A stretch of 40,316 nt of DNA. Origin: Legionellaceae bacterium (lineage in GTDB: Bacteria; Pseudomonadota; Gammaproteobacteria; Legionellales; Legionellaceae). The notes beneath the pieces were generated by a model. The model saw only the letters and a program-made list of their open reading frames with translations. It searched no databases and was not told where the DNA came from. Within the stretch, counting starts at the first letter, position 1; each line of letters opens with the position of its first letter. Below are positions 35,672 to 40,316 of this stretch, in pieces. The translations under genes were made by a program, and so were the position numbers. Location of the stretch: positions 1 to 40,316 of the forward strand of contig JAOAUO010000110.1 of assembly GCA_030157565.1 (NCBI GenBank), given 5' to 3'.

Positions 35672-36906
35672 TGGCGAAAAAATCAGAAAGAAACATCATT
35701 ACGGCATTGGACATTGGGACCTCGAAAGTGGTGGCGCTCGTCGGCGAAATCACACCGGATGGTACCATTGAGCTCATTGGCATGGGTCACCATCCCTCTC
35801 GCGGTCTAAAGCGTGGCGTGGTGGTTGATATTGAAGCAACCGTTAACTCCATTCAACGCGCGGTTCAAGAAGCGGAGCTCATGGCCGGCTGTGAGGTACG
35901 GACCGTGTACGCAGGCATTGCAGGCAGCCACATTCGCAGCTTGAACTCTCATGGCATCGTAGCGATTCGAGATCGCGAAGTGACGCAAGCAGATGTTGAT
36001 CGAGTGATTGATGCGGCAAAAGCCGTGGCCATTCCTGCCGATCAGAAAATTTTACATATTTTGCCGCAAGAATTTATTATTGATAATCAAGGCAGCATTC
36101 GTGAACCCGTGGGCATGGCCGGTGTTCGGTTAGAGGCGCGTGTTCACATTGTGACAGGCTCGGTCAGCGCCGCGCAAAATATCATTAAATGTGTGCGCCG
36201 TTGCGGATTGGATGTCAATGATGTTATTTTAGAGCAATTGGCATCGAGTCACGCGGTATTGACGGAAGATGAAAAAGAACTGGGCGTGTGTTTGGTGGAT
36301 ATCGGGGGTGGTACGACAGATATAGCCATCTTCTTTGAAGGAGCCATTCAATACACGGCCGTTATACCCATTGCTGGCGATCAAGTCACCAATGACATTG
36401 CGATGGCACTTCGAACGCCAACCAAAGCGGCTGAAGCCATTAAATTAAGCGATGGCTGCGCAATGACCGAATTAGCCAGTGCGAGCCACATGATTGATGT
36501 ATTGGGTGTTAATGAACGCACCGCTCGAAAAATTTCCGCAAAAGCGCTGTCTGATGTTGTGACGGCGCGGTACGAGGAATTATTTTCACTGGTTCGTAAT
36601 GAGCTGAGACGCAGTGGGTTTGAAGATTTAATTGCCGCAGGTATTGTGCTCACTGGTGGCGCGTCGAAAGTCAACGGTGCCATTGAATTGGCAGAAATGT
36701 GTTTTGAAATGCCGGTTCGCCATGGGTTTGCGCACAAGATTGCAGGCAAGCCTGAAGTCACTTCGAATCCTTCGCTGGCTACAGGAGTGGGTTTATTATT
36801 GCATGGCTTCCAACAACAATACGAAGTTGGGTATAATGTGCCTGTTCTGGCTGATGGCCGTGGAATGTGGACACGTATAAAAACGTGGTTTAATGGGAAT
36901 TTTTAG
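35671..36906 (+). CDS. ftsA: Cell division protein FtsA
   Basis: ITALDIGTSKVVALVGE and VDIGGGTTDIA are actin-fold motifs. TAATG overlap with ftsQ. Confidence 0.95.
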   Translation: MAKKSERNIITALDIGTSKVVALVGEITPDGTIELIGMGHHPSRGLKRGVVVDIEATVNSIQRAVQEAELMAGCEVRTVYAGIAGSHIRSLNSHGIVAIRDREVTQADVDRVIDAAKAVAIPADQKILHILPQEFIIDNQGSIREPVGMAGVRLEARVHIVTGSVSAAQNIIKCVRRCGLDVNDVILEQLASSHAVLTEDEKELGVCLVDIGGGTTDIAIFFEGAIQYTAVIPIAGDQVTNDIAMALRTPTKAAEAIKLSDGCAMTELASASHMIDVLGVNERTARKISAKALSDVVTARYEELFSLVRNELRRSGFEDLIAAGIVLTGGASKVNGAIELAEMCFEMPVRHGFAHKIAGKPEVTSNPSLATGVGLLLHGFQQQYEVGYNVPVLADGRGMWTRIKTWFNGNF

Positions 36907-36927
36907 TCACACGACGAGAGGTATGTA

Positions 36928-38103
36928 ATGTTTGAATTAATAGAAAGCCAGCAAGACAATGCCGTCATTAAAGTCGTTGGCGTCGGTGGTGGAGGCGGTA
37001 ACGCCGTTGAGCACATGCTCGCTGAAAACATCGATGGCGTAGAGTTTATCTGTGCAAACACAGATGCACAAGCGCTTAGAAATTCTCAAGCCAAGATTTT
37101 GATCCAGTTAGGCGATGAGCTCACAAAAGGCTTAGGTGCCGGTGCCAACCCTCAAATCGGTCGCGAGGCTGCAGAGGAAGACCGTGAGCGTATCAAAGAC
37201 ATTTTACGTGGCTCGGATATGATCTTTATCACTGCAGGTATGGGTGGGGGGACAGGAACAGGAGCGGCCCCTGTTTTTGCTCAAATTGCAAAAGAGCTGG
37301 GTATCTTGACGGTTGCAGTGGTCACCAAGCCGTTCTCGTTTGAAGGCAAGCAGCGTGCACTGGCGGCTGACGAAGGCATTCGTCGATTAGCGGAGCACGT
37401 TGATTCGTTGATCACGATTCCCAATAATAAACTGTTAAGTGTACTGGGTAAAAACATTAGTTTATTGAATGCGTTTAAAGCGGCAAACAATGTTTTATTG
37501 GGTGCTGTGAAAGGTATTTCTGACTTGATTACCCGTCCTGGTTTGATTAACGTGGACTTTGCTGACGTGCGAACCGTGATGTCTGAGATGGGCATGGCCA
37601 TGATGGGCACAGGTACTGCTTCCGGTGAGCAACGCGCACGGCAGGCAGCAGAAGCCGCTATTGCATCACCATTGCTTGAAGATGTTAACTTCTCTGGCGC
37701 ACGAGGCATTTTGGTGAACATTACCGCAGGCCCCGATATGTCTATCGGTGAGTTTGAAGAAGTGGGTGATGTGGTCAAAGAATTTATTTCTGATGATGCC
37801 ACCGTCGTTGTGGGCACGGTGATTGATCCCTGCATGACGGATGAACTCCGTGTGACCGTGATTGTAACCGGTCTGGGTGACGTTCGAAGCCGACAAGCCC
37901 AACAACAACCCGCATCAGGAAAGGCCCGACTGATGGAGTCCAGGCGGTTGGATGGGTCCTTGGATTATCAGCAATTGGAGCGCCCGGCCGTTATTCGTAA
38001 GCAAGCATCGGCCTCCATCCCTGTAAAACAAAGCAATGACGCGATTCCGGATGTGGATTATTTGGATATACCTGCATTTTTGAGGCGGCAAGAAGAAGCT
38101 TGA
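36928..38103 (+). CDS. ftsZ: Cell division GTPase FtsZ
   Basis: [10 protein letters not shown], the [10 protein letters not shown] tubulin signature, and the C-terminal DIPAFLRRQ peptide. Confidence 0.98.
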   Translation: MFELIESQQDNAVIKVVGVGGGGGNAVEHMLAENIDGVEFICANTDAQALRNSQAKILIQLGDELTKGLGAGANPQIGREAAEEDRERIKDILRGSDMIFITAGMGGGTGTGAAPVFAQIAKELGILTVAVVTKPFSFEGKQRALAADEGIRRLAEHVDSLITIPNNKLLSVLGKNISLLNAFKAANNVLLGAVKGISDLITRPGLINVDFADVRTVMSEMGMAMMGTGTASGEQRARQAAEAAIASPLLEDVNFSGARGILVNITAGPDMSIGEFEEVGDVVKEFISDDATVVVGTVIDPCMTDELRVTVIVTGLGDVRSRQAQQQPASGKARLMESRRLDGSLDYQQLERPAVIRKQASASIPVKQSNDAIPDVDYLDIPAFLRRQEEA

Positions 38104-38113
38104 TTTATTAGGG

Positions 38114-38159
38114 TTTGGACAGAAAAACATGAAAAAAGCCTCATGCTTTTTTGTCCAAA
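38114..38159. repeat. Palindromic intergenic element, subtype B, loop AAAAAGCC (loop inverted relative to 27677-27722)
   Basis: TTTGGACAGAAAAACATGA-AAAAAGCC-TCATGCTTTTTTGTCCAAA. 19-nt arms with one A-C mismatch and one G-T pair, 10 nt after the ftsZ stop. Confidence 0.9.
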
Positions 38160-38234
38160 CTCCAGTATACTCCAAAAATATTGGCTAGCGTATTTGCGCA
38201 TTAAAACCAGGGGACGCTAAAAGGTGATCATTGA

Positions 38235-39158
38235 ATGACAAAACAACGAACGCTTAACAAGTCGATCCAAGCCACTGGTGTCGCCTTGCATTCCGGCGAG
38301 CCCGTGCTTATCACCTTGAATTCAGCACCAGAAAATACAGGCATTGTATTTATCCGAACGGATTGCAATCCACCGGTTGAAATTCCCGCTCATTTTGAAA
38401 ACGTTTGTGACACCATGCTCTGTACGTCATTGCAAAATAATGGGGTAAAAATAGCCACGGTTGAGCACCTGCTCTCAGCGCTGGCGGGCCTTGGCATTGA
38501 CAACGCGTACATTGAAGTGAATGCAGCTGAAATTCCTATTATGGATGGCAGTGCGGCACCCTTTGTTTTTTTAATTCAATCGGCGGGTATTCGTGAACAA
38601 TCGGCGCCTAAGCGCTATATCCGCATTTTAAAGCCGATTCGTCTGGAAGACAATGGTAAATATGTCCAATTTACGCCACACAACGGATACAAAATATCCT
38701 TTACCATTGATTTCGATCACCCAGTTTTTAATAACAAACCACAAACAGCCACATTGGATTTTTCAGTGACCTCTTATGTAAAAGAAGTCTGCCGAGCCAG
38801 AACATTTGGTTTTTTATCTGATTATGAAAAACTTCGTGAATGTGATTTGGCCAAAGGTGGTAGTTTAGATAATGCGGTCGTGGTCGATAATTACCGTGTT
38901 TTGAATGAAGATGGTTTGCGTTTTGATGATGAGTTCGTCAAACATAAAGTGTTGGATGCGATTGGAGACTTGTATTTACTCGGGTCCAGTTTAATTGGTG
39001 CTTTTGAAGGGTATAAGTCGGGCCATGAGTTGAATAATAAACTGTTGCGCGAATTGGTTCTTCGACAAGACGCATGGGAATATACTTATTTTGATGCTGA
39101 AAACCCGAAGCCATCCAAACAACGGGCAGGTGTGATTCCATTGACGGTGAATGGCTAG
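38235..39158 (+). CDS. lpxC: UDP-3-O-acyl-N-acetylglucosamine deacetylase
   Basis: [26 protein letters not shown], and [14 protein letters not shown]. Confidence 0.95.
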   Translation: MTKQRTLNKSIQATGVALHSGEPVLITLNSAPENTGIVFIRTDCNPPVEIPAHFENVCDTMLCTSLQNNGVKIATVEHLLSALAGLGIDNAYIEVNAAEIPIMDGSAAPFVFLIQSAGIREQSAPKRYIRILKPIRLEDNGKYVQFTPHNGYKISFTIDFDHPVFNNKPQTATLDFSVTSYVKEVCRARTFGFLSDYEKLRECDLAKGGSLDNAVVVDNYRVLNEDGLRFDDEFVKHKVLDAIGDLYLLGSSLIGAFEGYKSGHELNNKLLRELVLRQDAWEYTYFDAENPKPSKQRAGVIPLTVNG

Positions 39159-39169
39159 GATCGAGATCA

Positions 39170-40138
39170 TTAATGATCCCGTTTCACCGAAAATCGTGCC
39201 AGTTCAGCCAATGCTTCTTTGTACACTGAATCAGGCAGTACGCCTAATGCATCTATTGCTAAATTGACTTCGTCTTCAGCAACACCATGCGTGAACTCAA
39301 TCGCATGCGTTTCAGAAATAGCATCCATGATTTCAGGTAAATATTGCAATGTGCCTTGTTCTAAACTGTGTTTAACCATGGTTTGTTGATCAATGGTTCC
39401 GTGCTTTAAAACATGGAGCAGGGGAAGGGTTGCTTTTCCATCAGCCAAGTCATCGCCTACGTTTTTCCCTAATGTTTTTGCATCTGAACAATAATCGAGT
39501 GCGTCATCAATCAATTGAAATGCATTGCCTAAATGCAATCCATAATCATATAACCCCTCGTTTACTGCGGCATCTGCATGGCTAATCAAAGCACCTAAGC
39601 GAGCGGAGGATGCAAAGAGCAACGAGGTTTTTGAGCGAATGACATCAAAATAATCGTTCAGCGTGAGGGCGTAGTTGTGGCGGTTTGATAGTTGCTTTAA
39701 CTCTCCGCACCCGATTTGATCGGCCATGTCAGTCAATAATTGCATGATCTTCAAATCGCCCACATCTATCATGAGTTGCATGTATTGAGTGAATAAATAA
39801 TCACCGACTAAAATGCTGGCTTTGCTTCCCCAAATGGTGTTGGCGGTCTCTCGTCCGCGACGAAGGGTTGACTCATCAATGACGTCATCATGCAATAGCG
39901 TTGCTGTATGAAAAAATTCAATCATGGCCGCCAGTGAAACATGGTGATTACCGGTGTAATGACAGGCACGACTGGCCAGCAAAACAATCAAGGGGCGCAA
40001 ACGTTTTCCGCCGCTTTGCACGATGTGATTGGCTAGATCATCAATTAAACCGCCTTGAGATTTAATTTTATCAATGATCAATGCATTTACGGCATCAAAG
40101 TCGTGGCTCACCAAGGCGCGAATACGCTGAATGGTCAT
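39170..40138 (-). CDS. ispB: Octaprenyl-diphosphate synthase (trans-polyprenyl diphosphate synthase)
   Basis: GGKRLRP, LLHDDVIDES..RRG, and IDDALDY (the two DDxxD motifs). ATG at 40138. The track start at 40150 is a TTG. Confidence 0.9.
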   Translation of the reverse strand: MTIQRIRALVSHDFDAVNALIIDKIKSQGGLIDDLANHIVQSGGKRLRPLIVLLASRACHYTGNHHVSLAAMIEFFHTATLLHDDVIDESTLRRGRETANTIWGSKASILVGDYLFTQYMQLMIDVGDLKIMQLLTDMADQIGCGELKQLSNRHNYALTLNDYFDVIRSKTSLLFASSARLGALISHADAAVNEGLYDYGLHLGNAFQLIDDALDYCSDAKTLGKNVGDDLADGKATLPLLHVLKHGTIDQQTMVKHSLEQGTLQYLPEIMDAISETHAIEFTHGVAEDEVNLAIDALGVLPDSVYKEALAELARFSVKRDH

Positions 40139-40198
40139 GGTTGGTTCCAAAATATAGAATGCATGAATCGTAAACGGACGGCCTGCTTGCTGTCAAGG

Positions 40199-40227
40199 TT
40201 GACGAGGCATCCAACCTCATGTAAATA
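40199..40227 (+). promoter_or_regulatory. Possible sigma-70 promoter: TTGACG, 17-bp spacer, TAAATA
   Basis: The hexamers were read directly. It lies 34 nt upstream of the GTG at 40261. The -10 hexamer is a mediocre match. Confidence 0.3.
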
Positions 40228-40260
40228 TTCAAGACCGCATTTGGATGTGTAGGAGTAACT

Positions 40261-40316
40261 GTGATTGGAAAACAGAAAAAGGTCGTTTTGGCTGGAGCGA
40301 TTGGCAATGCATTGGA
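40261..40316 (+). CDS. 5' end (partial) of a second MHS/ProP-like MFS transporter
   Basis: AGGAG (40251-40255), a 5-nt spacer, then GTG. The translation MIGKQKKVVLAGAIGNAL... matches the N-terminal G-N-x-hE-x-aD motif region of MHS transporters (compare LLAGLMGNLIE in the gene at 987-2282). It is cut by the window edge. Confidence 0.5.
   Translation, partial: MIGKQKKVVLAGAIGNAL

Noticed and set aside
39158-39179. The palindrome GATCATTAATGATC and the flanking GGATC/GATCC between convergent lpxC and ispB, considered as a bidirectional terminator
   Set aside because: The stem is only 5 bp and AT-rich, there are no flanking T/A tracts, and it overlaps the ispB stop codon. It is too weak to call.

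Overview
This is a chromosomal window at roughly 44-45% GC by eye. It looks gammaproteobacterial, and the gene content and synteny suggest a Legionellales/Coxiellaceae-type organism, but that is unverified. Most of it is core housekeeping. One block is an Rrf2-regulated suf operon (sufB-C-D-S-U-T) followed by epmA. Another is lolB/coaD and plsC plus a membrane desaturase. The third is a long cell-wall/division block: zipA-murF-mraY-murD-ftsW-murC-murB-ddl-ftsQ-ftsA-ftsZ-lpxC, then ispB. The left part holds hemH translationally coupled to an MscK-like channel and a class-B acid phosphatase. Accessory material is scattered between these. There is an intact vapBC module with a clear promoter/operator next to a truncated GIY-YIG gene. 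A three-gene XRE / orphan-domain / MFS operon is followed by a degenerate ATP-grasp remnant. There is a 1235-aa orphan protein with an internal 40-codon repeat. An AT-rich islet carries two orphan genes. An HEPN-MNT toxin-antitoxin cassette carries inactivating lesions in both genes and is bracketed by a 17-bp direct repeat. The strongest sequence-level signal is a family of about 46-bp palindromic elements (TTTGGAC...GTCCAAA) with four full copies and two relics. Two of the full copies form a roughly 217-bp inverted duplication wedged between murF and mraY. murG is missing from its canonical ftsW-murC position. I saw no rRNA, tRNA, CRISPR array, transposase or integrase. I cannot point to a complete, clearly novel multi-gene system, so the candidates are ranked in the findings.
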